DNA of 19,195 bases from the NCBI GenBank assembly GCA_050250255.1, contig JBFWOZ010000050.1, forward strand, positions 1-19,195, given 5' to 3'. Under the pieces are notes generated by a model, which was given only the letters and a program-made list of their open reading frames with translations, had not been told where the DNA came from and did no database searches. A program made the position numbers and the translations under genes. Origin of the DNA: Bdellovibrionales bacterium. GTDB lineage: Bacteria; Bdellovibrionota; Bdellovibrionia; Bdellovibrionales; DASUEL01. Position 1 is the first letter of the stretch. The number at the start of each line of letters is the position of its first letter. This document shows positions 1-9,594 of the stretch, in pieces.

Positions 1-24
1 AAATACGGTAGGTTGTGACATTCT

Positions 25-90
25 GGCCTTTGGCTGAGGGTGAGTTTTTTCTTGGTCGAAAATACTTTTCCCTCGGACAAAGGCCTTTTT
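25..90 (+). terminator. Long imperfect hairpin followed by T-tract; probable intrinsic terminator or structured RNA element
   Basis: 25-40 GGCCTTTGGCTGAGGG pairs with 70-85 CCCTCGGACAAAGGCC (one mismatch, one G-U); 42-51 pairs with 58-67; 6-nt loop; TTTTT at 86-90. G-U pairs favour the + strand. Confidence 0.5.
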
Positions 91-183
91 CAATTCTAAT
101 CAATGCATTAAACCGGACAGCAGTGGTGCAAATCACAATAGACTTATGGCAGAAAGGTTAAACCACTGCCGTTAATCAAAAAC

Positions 184-429
184 TTACTTAGAATTGTGCT
201 GAGTTTTGATGTTCCCGAAAAAATCGACTTCAATCGGAGTGCCGCATTTTTGACAAGTCCAACCGCCCCAAAGGACTTCCTTTACACGAGCAGGAACTCG
301 ATATTTTGGAAGGACTTCGTTACATTTCGGGCAACGCTTTTCTTTCATAGTTAATTTTCGATAGACAATAAAAGCGGTGCCGCCAACCGCCAAAAATAAG
401 TACAATAAAATTTCATTGTTCATAATCAT
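184..429 (-). CDS. Small membrane-anchored zinc-ribbon protein (~81 aa)
   Basis: N-terminal hydrophobic helix (ILLYLFLAVGGTAFIVY) then CPKC...WGGWTCQKC (two CxxC). ATG at 429 (alternative 423) follows GGGAAG and lies 4 nt after the upstream stop; the ORF-track start at 468 is probably too long. Confidence 0.75.
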   Translation of the reverse strand: MIMNNEILLYLFLAVGGTAFIVYRKLTMKEKRCPKCNEVLPKYRVPARVKEVLWGGWTCQKCGTPIEVDFFGNIKTQHNSK

Positions 430-433
430 AATT

Positions 434-1897
434 TCACTTCCCTGGAATTGGCTGTTTCTTACCGCCACCGAACTTCACTAGCATCGCATCGAGAACACCT
501 CGACGTTTCAACAACTCATAAGTTTCAGGACTCACATAAATTCGTGGCATAAAGTTACGGTATTGACTCAAAATCTTCATGAGCGCGTTGGATTCATTCA
601 CTAATAACTTAGGTTCGCCGTGACGAGTGAGGATTTTCACCGGGTCACGGGTCATTAATGGATCCCCGCCCCGAGCTTCCTTACGAATGGTATCGAAAGC
701 TTTTGTGAACATGACATCTTTTTGCGGAATATCCACGATCATCCATGCGTCTTTATCGAGAAAACGAATTTCGTGCTCGAGCCACTGAGCGGCTTCGGTC
801 ACCTGTTTGATCACATCTTGCCGATGTTCTTCACTTTGAATCAGTGTCGGCTCCGCCGGTGCAATTTTGATCTGTTTCGGCGGCTGTCGATAGGCCAAGA
901 TTTTTGTGAGATCGCGAATAAAGCTGTGATTATTTTTCTGAGATAAGTACTCGTGGATCTTTGCGAAAAAGTAGTTGTCGTTAAACGTAAAATACTGGTC
1001 TGGATCTTGGCTTACTTCTTTCACAAGCTGTTCAAAGCTATGGATCTGCCCGTTCTCTAAAAAGTATTCGGTGATTTTTGCTGCGACGAGATCAAACTTA
1101 TAACCCGTGCCATCGTCAATGATCTGTGAATACCAAGAGTAACGACAAAAAAGAAAGTAATCGACGACGTTGAGCCCTTCATTGCGAATGGCTAAAGCTT
1201 CCTGACCATTAGAGGTAAACGTCGTGAGATTACGAATGAGGAAATCAATATCATATACGCCGTACTGAACTCCCGTATGGTGCGCATCTCTTAAAAGATA
1301 GTCCATACGATCCGCATCAATATCCGAGTGCATGAGTTGGTTAGCGAGTAGATTTGTAGATTGACCCGCGATGACTTTCGAAAGCTCAACGGGATCTACT
1401 CCCTCTTCTTTTAAGATACGGGTGATACCGCCTTCAAAATCGGTATTCAAAATAATATGAGAACCTAGGGTTTCGTGATTCGCGTCGAGAAGTTTTTTAT
1501 TACCGCCGAGAGTTTTTTGCTTACGCCAGTGGTTGATGTATCCGAGCTCCACCGTATGTGAAAAAGGAAAAGTTCCAATGTCGTGAAGCATGGCCGCAAG
1601 CCTCATCAATCGATGAAATTTTGTAGCCGCATCCTGATTATCGGCATCGAATAGCCTTTCGTCCTCGACCGACTTCCCAATGCTCTTAAGAACTCGGTGC
1701 ATGACATGGAGAACTCCTAGCACATGAGAAAAACGTGTGTGCGTGGCTCCTGGGTAAATGTAGAAACTAAAGCCTAACTGACGGATCCAGCGCAGCCTCT
1801 GAAAATAGGCTGTATTCATGATGCGGTCTTCAACACGGTTGAGCAAAATGTAACCGTGAATGTTGTCAAAGATGTGCTTCTTATAGATCTGGGCCAT
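434..1897 (-). CDS. HD-superfamily phosphohydrolase, SAMHD1/COG1078-like putative dNTP triphosphohydrolase
   Basis: Family motifs DNIHGYI, FQRLRWIRQLG, YPGATHTRFSH, AAMLHDIG-FPFSH, DADRMDYLLRDAHHTG. Confidence 0.93.
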   Translation of the reverse strand: MAQIYKKHIFDNIHGYILLNRVEDRIMNTAYFQRLRWIRQLGFSFYIYPGATHTRFSHVLGVLHVMHRVLKSIGKSVEDERLFDADNQDAATKFHRLMRLAAMLHDIGTFPFSHTVELGYINHWRKQKTLGGNKKLLDANHETLGSHIILNTDFEGGITRILKEEGVDPVELSKVIAGQSTNLLANQLMHSDIDADRMDYLLRDAHHTGVQYGVYDIDFLIRNLTTFTSNGQEALAIRNEGLNVVDYFLFCRYSWYSQIIDDGTGYKFDLVAAKITEYFLENGQIHSFEQLVKEVSQDPDQYFTFNDNYFFAKIHEYLSQKNNHSFIRDLTKILAYRQPPKQIKIAPAEPTLIQSEEHRQDVIKQVTEAAQWLEHEIRFLDKDAWMIVDIPQKDVMFTKAFDTIRKEARGGDPLMTRDPVKILTRHGEPKLLVNESNALMKILSQYRNFMPRIYVSPETYELLKRRGVLDAMLVKFGGGKKQPIPGK

Positions 1898-2091
1898 GTG
1901 CTTGACTTATCGGATTATTTTGTAGAATCAGTAAGTTACCCGATATAAGTCCAGCCTCTCTCCAAGAGGAGCTTTGACCCCTCGAGCAAAAGTCCAAGTA
2001 TTTTCTACCCTCTTCTGGTGTCATGTTGCGGCTGTATTGCTTGTGTCAGAAAATATGCTAGTCCATGAGGCAACACAAATCTGGGAGTGTT

Positions 2092-2961
2092 ATGAATAAC
2101 AAAAAACATTATTTCCTTACTGTCGCATTCTCGACCGCATTTTCGTTGGTCGCTCTCTTTGCCTCGCAAAAAAGTTTTGCCTGGGGAGACACAGGCCACC
2201 GAGTCGTTGGACAAATTGCGGAGAATCATCTCTCTGATTCTACACGCAACAAACTTGCCAAAATTATTGGCGACGAAACTCTCGCCATCGCGGCTACTTG
2301 GGCCGATGACGTACGCTCGGATCCAAAATACAAATTCCAAGATTCTTTTCACTTCGTAACCATTCCTGACGGAATGGACTATAACTCCTCCCCAAAAAAC
2401 CCAGATGGCGACATCATCGTTGCGATTCAATCTATGTCGCAAGTTCTTAAAAGCAAAAAATCAACACCCGAAGAAAAAGTGCGCGCAGTTCGACTTCTCG
2501 CACATTTCGTGGGCGACATTCACCAACCTCATCATGTTGGGAACGAAAAAGATCGTGGCGCCAATTGGTGTATCGTGAAACTCTTTGGATCTTTCACCAA
2601 CCTCCATTCCGTATGGGATTCAGGCATTATCGATTCCACAAAATTGAGCTACACCGAAATCGCCAAGCATCTTGACCGCGAATCTCGCGCGCCTGAATCT
2701 GCAAAAAAAGCCTGGCAAAAGGATGACGTTCTTGTATGGGCAAAAGAATCCCAAAGCTTAAGAAACGATCTCTATCCTGCTCCAGTGAATGATGCTCCAC
2801 CAAGATCGTATTGCAAAACGAGAAACGAAGATCGCGTTCCAAATGAGCTCGTACCAAGCCTTAGTTACGACTATCGCTTTAAGTATAAGGATCTAATGGA
2901 AGAACGCATGCTCAAAGCAGGCATCCGCCTCGCAGGTTTACTCAACCGCCTTCTCGATTAG
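2092..2961 (+). CDS. Secreted S1/P1 nuclease
   Basis: Signal peptide ending SFA, then mature N-terminus WGDTGH; motifs WADDVR, HFVGDIHQPHH, NLHSVWD, AGIRLAGLLN. ATG 2092 follows GGGAG (ORF-track start 2065). Confidence 0.95.
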   Translation: MNNKKHYFLTVAFSTAFSLVALFASQKSFAWGDTGHRVVGQIAENHLSDSTRNKLAKIIGDETLAIAATWADDVRSDPKYKFQDSFHFVTIPDGMDYNSSPKNPDGDIIVAIQSMSQVLKSKKSTPEEKVRAVRLLAHFVGDIHQPHHVGNEKDRGANWCIVKLFGSFTNLHSVWDSGIIDSTKLSYTEIAKHLDRESRAPESAKKAWQKDDVLVWAKESQSLRNDLYPAPVNDAPPRSYCKTRNEDRVPNELVPSLSYDYRFKYKDLMEERMLKAGIRLAGLLNRLLD

Positions 2962-3897
2962 TTAAGACAACCAACCTCGGCGCCAGAACCAATAAACGAT
3001 GGCGCCTGAGACTAAAAGCATCCCACCAAGAACCATAGGGTACCCATAAACCCATTGAAGCTCAGGCATCCATGCAAAGTTCATCCCATAAATTCCGGCG
3101 ATAAAATTAAGTGGTAAAAAGAAAACCGAAAAGACTGTAAGAATACGCATCACTTCACTAGTTTTATGAGAGGCTTCGTTCGTCCGATTCGAAGCCAACG
3201 TGATTTGTAAATTGAGTAATCCTGTGACGTTTTCCTGCAACTCATCCGCGAAAAAAAACGTACTATCTGTTAGATTCTTTAGTTGTTGGAAGGTCGAAGA
3301 AAACAATTCCGAACGAGCTACAAGCTTTGCGGTCACATCAAGAGTAAGCCTTAACATACGCTTGATCACCGAAGCCTTACGTTTAAGATAATAACCATCT
3401 TCGATGATAAATTTGGTGTTCCCATCTTTAAAAACTTTTGTCTCAAGGTCTTCTACAAGATTTGTAGCGTCTTCAATAGGTTTTTCATAGGTTGCTACAA
3501 CTTCCAAAAGTAAGTCGTTAACAATTTTTTGAAGAACTTCGTCAGTGGCATCCTTGGCTTCGGCCCATTTTTCTCGTAACTGAGCAATGAAGGGTTGATC
3601 ACGTCGATGAACCGTTAAAAGAAAATCTGGACCTAAAAAAATTGCGATTTTTCGGGTGAGCTCTTGCACGCTATCGGCATCATGAGCGCAGGTGGCATCG
3701 TAATATCTCATCACAATGAAGGTGAGCTCTTTAATTCGTTCTATTTTAGGAAGATGCTCAGGATCTAAGCAGTCATCAATGGCTCTCTTAGGAAGACCGT
3801 ACTTTTTGCCAATCTTGATCAACTCGGTAGATTCTGGATTAGTAATATCTAGCCAATGAAGACCATTCTCTTTTAAAGAGATCATTCGATTATTCAT
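2962..3897 (-). CDS. corA: CorA-family Mg2+/Co2+ transporter
   Basis: WLDITNP near the N-terminus, HLPKIE, and C-terminal GIYGMNF-MPEL signature between two TM helices. Confidence 0.93.
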   Translation of the reverse strand: MNNRMISLKENGLHWLDITNPESTELIKIGKKYGLPKRAIDDCLDPEHLPKIERIKELTFIVMRYYDATCAHDADSVQELTRKIAIFLGPDFLLTVHRRDQPFIAQLREKWAEAKDATDEVLQKIVNDLLLEVVATYEKPIEDATNLVEDLETKVFKDGNTKFIIEDGYYLKRKASVIKRMLRLTLDVTAKLVARSELFSSTFQQLKNLTDSTFFFADELQENVTGLLNLQITLASNRTNEASHKTSEVMRILTVFSVFFLPLNFIAGIYGMNFAWMPELQWVYGYPMVLGGMLLVSGAIVYWFWRRGWLS

Positions 3898-4125
3898 CTT
3901 CCAACTTCCCTAGTTATGATCTGCCCAATATTTTACATAAAATTGGTAGAGCGCCTCACTCTAACATTTCTCCGCAACTGCACGACCCTGCAAGGCTATT
4001 TAACATGAATAAAATACAGATTTTGTTCGAAATTGAGTAGATAAAAATTATATTTTTTGTCGAAAGTATATACAGCCTAGCAGCTCGCCTTTATATCTCG
4101 ACCCTCAAATGGGGAGAGAACTCTT

Positions 4126-4737
4126 ATGAAAAACTTTATTGCCGCACTTGTTTTATCTTTAGTGTCGTTTGTCGCAAACGCCGAAACCATTATTTACTCG
4201 TTTTCTGAACGCGGTATTAATAACATCGTAGGCTCCGTTGCCGTATCCAAATCCGGCAACAAAATAACACTTCAAAATATTAACTTAGAAAAATACGTTG
4301 CCTTCGGACAAGGAATCTTTCCAGCCAACAAGGCTATTACATTTGATACCTCCAATGTGGTCCTCGCTGTTAACTCCGGTAATGACATCAGCATTACGCT
4401 GGAGGCTCGTGGTCCAAATCCTCAAACCGTACAAATTGTTATCGACACTCAAAGCAAAAATGTCTTCGTTATCAACCAAGAAAATGGCCAAGTATTTAAA
4501 TCTCAGGCGTCGGCTGGACCAGCAAAATCTGTAACGCCGACAAGTGCGATTACAATTAATGATGCTAAAACAATGATCTATAACGAATATTTGCGTACAG
4601 GAAATCAGCCTCAAATCATGCCATTAGAATCGGAAAGACAAATCGCAAGCATGTTCAAAGAGGAATCCGCACGACCTTATCGGGCCGCTCGCGCTCTATT
4701 GAATATTAAGAGCATTGTAGAAACAATTCGTCGTTAA
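4126..4737 (+). CDS. Secreted hypothetical protein
   Basis: RBS GGGGAG; Sec signal MKNFIAALVLSLVSFVANA; beta-rich N-half and helical C-part; no family recognised. Confidence 0.85.
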   Translation: MKNFIAALVLSLVSFVANAETIIYSFSERGINNIVGSVAVSKSGNKITLQNINLEKYVAFGQGIFPANKAITFDTSNVVLAVNSGNDISITLEARGPNPQTVQIVIDTQSKNVFVINQENGQVFKSQASAGPAKSVTPTSAITINDAKTMIYNEYLRTGNQPQIMPLESERQIASMFKEESARPYRAARALLNIKSIVETIRR

Positions 4738-4790
4738 TTAATTAAATTTAAGAAAAATAAGCATTAACTGATTTTAAGGGGTTAAAAAAA

Positions 4791-7625
4791 ATGCAACGAT
4801 TTATTGTACGAGTTCTATTTTCTGTTTTCTTCTCTGTAGTTTCACTGATGGGACAAATGAGTCCCGCTCTAGCGACAACTCCGGAAGAGCAATTTATTGA
4901 AAACCTCAAAGCTATTTATTTAACGGATGCTGCCAAAGAAAACGGTCGCACTGGTTTTGAAGTGGAGCTGAATGGTTTAACAGAAGTTAAGATTCTTCAA
5001 CTTGTACAAGAGCACTTTGGTGGGAAAATCGAAGGCGAATACGTTCGCGGAACTCTCATTGGTGATATTCGTGTGTATTATGACGGTTCTATGTGGCGCT
5101 ACCAAGATTGGGCGATGGTTCAAAACGGTGGACGCGAAAACAAATTACGCCGCGCCATTCAGGCCATTTTTGATGCCCTCGGCTCTCCAGTAGAAATTGT
5201 ATTTCCGCCTGTAAAGTACAGTGAAATCCCTCTTCTTGAAGAGTTCATCGCAAAATTAAATGATGCTGGTGCGACAGGCACAAAAGGGCTTTCCGCTGCC
5301 GCAATCCACACAAACACGCAAATTGATCCTCAAAATGCAACTCTCCTGAGAAATCTTCTCGGCCTTTACACCAACAATGGATCACTACTCCGCTCTTACT
5401 TCAAACCTCTTCTCATCCGCAGACTTCGTGGTTTTATTCAACAACCCACTCCTGAAATGGCAGCCCAACTTGCAGATTGGACTTATAGACCAACAGCTCC
5501 AGAATTTTGGCTCGATTTCAGAAAAGGAGTTCAACCAAAACTCTCGGCTTTTAATATCACCCCTGCCTTCGTGATGAATTCACAAATTCCGCAAGACAAT
5601 ATCCAAGAATTGGTATCTTCTGGATGGATCAAACCACGCCCAGCAAGCGAAATAAGAGAGACAAACTCTAGAACAGAAGTGGGCTACCTCACGAACCTTG
5701 CAGAAGTAGGTCTTGCCCTTGCCGAAGCTGCGAAAGAAACTGGCCATCTTACTCCACAAGATCTTACCGCAATGGTCGCGCTTAAAAAACAAGGTGGTAT
5801 CAACATCAACACGGAAGCTAAGTCGATTGCGACAAAACCTTTCGACCATTCATTACGTCAAGTTTTGGATCCATCGAACTACGTGTTGATTCCATTAAAG
5901 CCAATCCCCTCTGTGAACGTTTCATTTATTAATCAAGGGGCTCTCGCAGCTCTTGGCATCACAGGAACTCAGGCCGACTTTTTAGCTCGTCATGCAAACG
6001 AAGCTATTCGCCCAGAAGAAATTCGTAAGATGAATTTAAAAGAATACAAAGGCGAAAACGTTCTCGCTCTAGCTTATAACGACGGGTACCTCGGTCGCGG
6101 AGATGGAAGAGCGAACTGGTTATACGAAGTTGAAATTCCAGGCGTGGGTGTTTATGACGTCGGCGAAAAGGGGATCGGACCTACAGAGTACGTTATTCCT
6201 CAAGAGTCGATCGACAAAGGTTACCATGTAGCTGAAAAAGACGGATATCTCAGTCTTGGAGAAGCTTTCCGTACAATCCTTGTTGGAACCTTCCTTGATT
6301 CTGTTGGGATCGAATCAGAACGCGTTCTGGCCAACATCGAAACAGGACGAACGACAGGTCACAATTTAAAGCCAGCACCGGGCCAAGACCCGAACGAGCT
6401 CATTGAACCTACATCGAAAATACTTCGCGTATTTCCAGGCGGACTTCGTGGCGCTCATCTTCGCATGTACTCTCCAGATCAGCTTCAACGTGTGTCTTAT
6501 TGGCTTCGCCAACGTGAAGCGATTCGCTTAGGTCAACCTAAAACGAATCCTCCACCCCTAGCTCTTTATCTTAAAAATAAAATCCAAAGAGATGCTTTAC
6601 GAGCTGCAGTTGCTCAACATTTCTGGGTTGTTCATGGAGCTATCAACGTTGCGAATATTACAGAAAATGGATGGGCCGACATTAACTACGCTCGCCCACT
6701 TGCTGTTCCAGACGGTAAGCATACTCCTCTCAACGTTTACAGCCGTCTTGAGTATCAATCTCAAGAGTTCGCTAAAGTGACAAAGCAGTTCGTTGATACT
6801 ATTAAACAAGTAGACCCGAGCTTGACGATCGATGTGCAAACAGAGTTCCAAAGAGCCTATGAGGCGGAACTCACTCGCCTTGAATTGATTCAAGCAGGTT
6901 TTTCAGAATCGCAAGCAGCGCTTCTGGTTCGCACGCAAGCAACCATGGCTACACGATATAAAAATCTTGTTTGGGATATCAACTACAACCACTTAAACAC
7001 CGACACGCGACAGTTAAAAGCCAACATTGCACGTAAACTTTGGAATGCTGGTGGAGTTGCTTCTCAACTCTCTACTCAGCTTTCCACGATTAAAAATGAA
7101 AGCCTTCGTCTAGGAGATCACCGCCCAGAACGTGTATTCGTAGAAGAGATGTTCCCGGCTGATCGTTGGAAGTACAGACTGAGCCAATTTTGGAAATCTT
7201 TAATTTCCCGTAAAGGTCCAGTAGCTATCGTACCTGAAGCGAAGATTCAGCAAATGGCAGAGCTGACTCAACTCTTCGCGGAGGTTGTAGCGCGCGAACA
7301 ACAAACGAATTCAACAGATGTACTCAAATTGATGGCACGTCGTTCTACAGCAGCTACAAAACTTCGTTTCATTAGCCCAGAGGCAATCGATGCGCTTTAC
7401 AACAACTATCGTAGATCTGGAAGCAAAGATCTCAACGCTTTCTTAGAACTTCCACTACGACAAATTCAATCAACCAAACAACAAATCCGCGTCATCTACG
7501 GCGAAACGAGCCCTTCACAGCGTGTGAAGACCGCTTACTCGGCAATGGATAAGTCTCTTATTCAAGAGAAACGTGCGGAAGAAAAAACTTTAACAAGAAG
7601 GATGACTTGTGGGAACGTTTTATAA
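4791..7625 (+). CDS. Secreted 944-aa fusion: N-terminal amidoligase-like (COOH-NH2 ligase) domain + SelO/YdiU-like pseudokinase domain
   Basis: Signal peptide ending ALA. Amidoligase-like motifs TGFEVEL, DGS, VEIVFPP, AAIHTN, EIRETNS. SelO-like motifs GDGRA, KGIGPTEY, DGYLSL, GIESERVLA, HGAINVAN...D. Confidence 0.75.
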   Translation: MQRFIVRVLFSVFFSVVSLMGQMSPALATTPEEQFIENLKAIYLTDAAKENGRTGFEVELNGLTEVKILQLVQEHFGGKIEGEYVRGTLIGDIRVYYDGSMWRYQDWAMVQNGGRENKLRRAIQAIFDALGSPVEIVFPPVKYSEIPLLEEFIAKLNDAGATGTKGLSAAAIHTNTQIDPQNATLLRNLLGLYTNNGSLLRSYFKPLLIRRLRGFIQQPTPEMAAQLADWTYRPTAPEFWLDFRKGVQPKLSAFNITPAFVMNSQIPQDNIQELVSSGWIKPRPASEIRETNSRTEVGYLTNLAEVGLALAEAAKETGHLTPQDLTAMVALKKQGGININTEAKSIATKPFDHSLRQVLDPSNYVLIPLKPIPSVNVSFINQGALAALGITGTQADFLARHANEAIRPEEIRKMNLKEYKGENVLALAYNDGYLGRGDGRANWLYEVEIPGVGVYDVGEKGIGPTEYVIPQESIDKGYHVAEKDGYLSLGEAFRTILVGTFLDSVGIESERVLANIETGRTTGHNLKPAPGQDPNELIEPTSKILRVFPGGLRGAHLRMYSPDQLQRVSYWLRQREAIRLGQPKTNPPPLALYLKNKIQRDALRAAVAQHFWVVHGAINVANITENGWADINYARPLAVPDGKHTPLNVYSRLEYQSQEFAKVTKQFVDTIKQVDPSLTIDVQTEFQRAYEAELTRLELIQAGFSESQAALLVRTQATMATRYKNLVWDINYNHLNTDTRQLKANIARKLWNAGGVASQLSTQLSTIKNESLRLGDHRPERVFVEEMFPADRWKYRLSQFWKSLISRKGPVAIVPEAKIQQMAELTQLFAEVVAREQQTNSTDVLKLMARRSTAATKLRFISPEAIDALYNNYRRSGSKDLNAFLELPLRQIQSTKQQIRVIYGETSPSQRVKTAYSAMDKSLIQEKRAEEKTLTRRMTCGNVL

Positions 7626-8490
7626 GGTACTCAGTTTTTCAATCACATTCATTTTAAGTTCGTATGCTTTGGCTCAAGAACAAATGGAGCCTCAAGGAAC
7701 TTTTCCTCCGGCAGAATATGTGAAAGTTGCTACTATTGCTTTCACACCTCCTGGAAATGCGCCGGTGGATACAACTCAAGCGGAAGTGAATCGTTACAAG
7801 GTAGCCACAGCCGCTGCTCTTGAAGCGCAAATTCGTGCGGCCGCAAAAGGCGGAGCCAAATTGATCGTAACTCCAGAGTTTGGAACTGTGGGATACCCTG
7901 ATATTCCAGAACTTCCAGACGAAGAGGATGAATTTCAAAACCGTGAGCAGATTAAACCTTACGTAGAAACTGTTGATGGTACTACGGCTCGCAAATTTGG
8001 AGCGTTAGCCAACCAACTCAATGTTTGGCTTGTTGTGGGAATCGCGGAAGTCGCACCAACAACGAATCGTTACTACAACACAATTCTCGCTATAAATCCG
8101 CAAGGACAAATGGTTCAAAGCTACCGAAAAATTCAGCTCTTTGAAGGAGAGAAGAATTTTCTTTCAGCAGGTAGTAAGCGTGTGTTTTTCACAACTGAGT
8201 GGGGCAAAGTAGGGCTTTTCACTTGTTACGATATTCACTTCGCACATCCTGCAACTGACCTCGTCACTCAAGATGGAGTTTCGGTCATTGCCTTCCCAAC
8301 CTCTTGGGTTGGTAGAGGTGGTATGTCGACATTTAGACAATTCGCTTTGTCGAATAAAGTTTATTTTTTGGCCGCTAATCACACTTATTTCCCTGATTCT
8401 GGAGTCGTCTCCCCAAACGGGAGAGCCCAAAGTCATATCCGTACGGCAGGAATTGCTTACGGATATATTAAAAAGACTGAGTGGAAATAA
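7609..8490 (+). CDS. Secreted carbon-nitrogen hydrolase (nitrilase superfamily), vanin/biotinidase-like
   Basis: E-K-C triad contexts IVTPEFG, YRKIQLF, FTCYDIHF; also YNT, FPTSW, LAAN; signal peptide; GTG start after AAGGA, overlapping the upstream gene by 17 nt. Confidence 0.9.
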   Translation: MGTFYKVLSFSITFILSSYALAQEQMEPQGTFPPAEYVKVATIAFTPPGNAPVDTTQAEVNRYKVATAAALEAQIRAAAKGGAKLIVTPEFGTVGYPDIPELPDEEDEFQNREQIKPYVETVDGTTARKFGALANQLNVWLVVGIAEVAPTTNRYYNTILAINPQGQMVQSYRKIQLFEGEKNFLSAGSKRVFFTTEWGKVGLFTCYDIHFAHPATDLVTQDGVSVIAFPTSWVGRGGMSTFRQFALSNKVYFLAANHTYFPDSGVVSPNGRAQSHIRTAGIAYGYIKKTEWK

Positions 8491-9594
8491 GTGAAGGCGT
8501 TCAGGCTCTGCCTCCTGGGAATATTATTCCCGCTAGTCCTGAACGCTTCGACGAATCCTCCCGTCTTCCAGATCGCCACTCAATTTTCTGAAGGCGAATT
8601 TCATAAACAGCTAGAAATCCTGACAGGAGTTTTTCCGATTCCTGTAGGACCTTCGGCAAAAAAAGTTTTGCCAGATCGCTACACGACTGAGTCGATGAAA
8701 TATGTAAGGCAATATTTGGCTCAGTACTTAACCAACCTCGGTTACGATGTGCGTGTGGAACAATTTGATGTCACACTTTCAAAAAGGCATCAGGCTCGCG
8801 ATCCGCAAGGTTACAATCTTGTTGTAGAAATTCCGGGTCAAACTCAAGAAATCGTCATGCTGGGAGCCCACTACGACACGACCGGTGTGAATCGTCCCGG
8901 TGCTAATGACAATGCCACCGGAGTCGCCGCCGTTCTTGAAGCCGCGCGTGTATTTAAACACATTCAAGTTAAACCTCTTCACACTATTCGCCTCGTATTA
9001 TTTGATGCGGAAGAGCTCAAACCTTACTTCTTAGGTTCTGCCGCTCACCTTGAACACTCACGAAAGTTAAAAGAAAAAATAAAGCTTTTTGTAAACCTCG
9101 ATATGCTGGGCGATTCCAGAACCGAAGCAGGACTATTTGCGCTTTTTGACCGAGGAGAATTTGAGAGCGTTGGTGCTCTTGTTGAAAACGTAAATAAAAA
9201 ATCACAAAACCCGATTCAACTTGAAAGCTGGGGTCCTTATTATTCTGACCATCAATCCGGGATCGCGCGCGGAGTACCCAGTGTTTCTCTTGCCGAAAAA
9301 TCTGTCGATCCCCTCGGAAACGAGGCCGAATACTATAAGTTTTACCATAAAGACACGGACACAATTGAAAAGGTCAATATACCCTATGCAGCTCGCCTCG
9401 GGGCTTTTGCTACCGCTATTGTATTTGCAGCCTCTCAGTCGGAAGATTCTTACATAGTTACATCCTCACGATTGAGCCATGTCATGAGAAATTTTTTCGA
9501 GCGATTGAAATTTCGATGGCGAGGAAATCCCATTAAGAATATATCTGATGCTCCAACTACGCTAGGAGTTCAGTCGTGCAGCCATATTCTTTGA
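8491..9594 (+). CDS. Secreted M28 family metallopeptidase
   Basis: GAHYDT, PGANDNATG, FDAEE, NLDMLG, SDH, YHKDTDT; signal peptide; GTG directly after the upstream TAA. Confidence 0.93.
   Translation: MKAFRLCLLGILFPLVLNASTNPPVFQIATQFSEGEFHKQLEILTGVFPIPVGPSAKKVLPDRYTTESMKYVRQYLAQYLTNLGYDVRVEQFDVTLSKRHQARDPQGYNLVVEIPGQTQEIVMLGAHYDTTGVNRPGANDNATGVAAVLEAARVFKHIQVKPLHTIRLVLFDAEELKPYFLGSAAHLEHSRKLKEKIKLFVNLDMLGDSRTEAGLFALFDRGEFESVGALVENVNKKSQNPIQLESWGPYYSDHQSGIARGVPSVSLAEKSVDPLGNEAEYYKFYHKDTDTIEKVNIPYAARLGAFATAIVFAASQSEDSYIVTSSRLSHVMRNFFERLKFRWRGNPIKNISDAPTTLGVQSCSHIL

Noticed and set aside
434..1897. Anti-phage dNTP-depletion defence system
   Set aside because: Motifs fit the widespread COG1078 family and there are no defence-island or mobile genes nearby; not excluded but unsupported.
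1902..1928. Sigma70-like TTGACT...TAGAAT (+) and sigma28-like TCCGATAA (-)
   Set aside because: 15-nt spacer for the first and no -35 match for the second; too weak to call.
2005..2442. 145-aa minus-strand ORF, and the other short ORFs nested in long genes (e.g. 4285-4614, 9017-9364, 11536-11886, 14259-14780)
   Set aside because: Antisense or out-of-frame shadows of well-supported CDSs, with no recognisable motifs.
4025..4066. GTTCGA-aat-TGAGTA and GTCGAAAG as further copies of the operator and sigma28 motifs
   Set aside because: Too many mismatches and wrong -35 spacing in an AT-rich region.
7600..7660. Selenocysteine readthrough in the SelO-like gene
   Set aside because: The stop is TAA, not TGA, and the next gene overlaps it.
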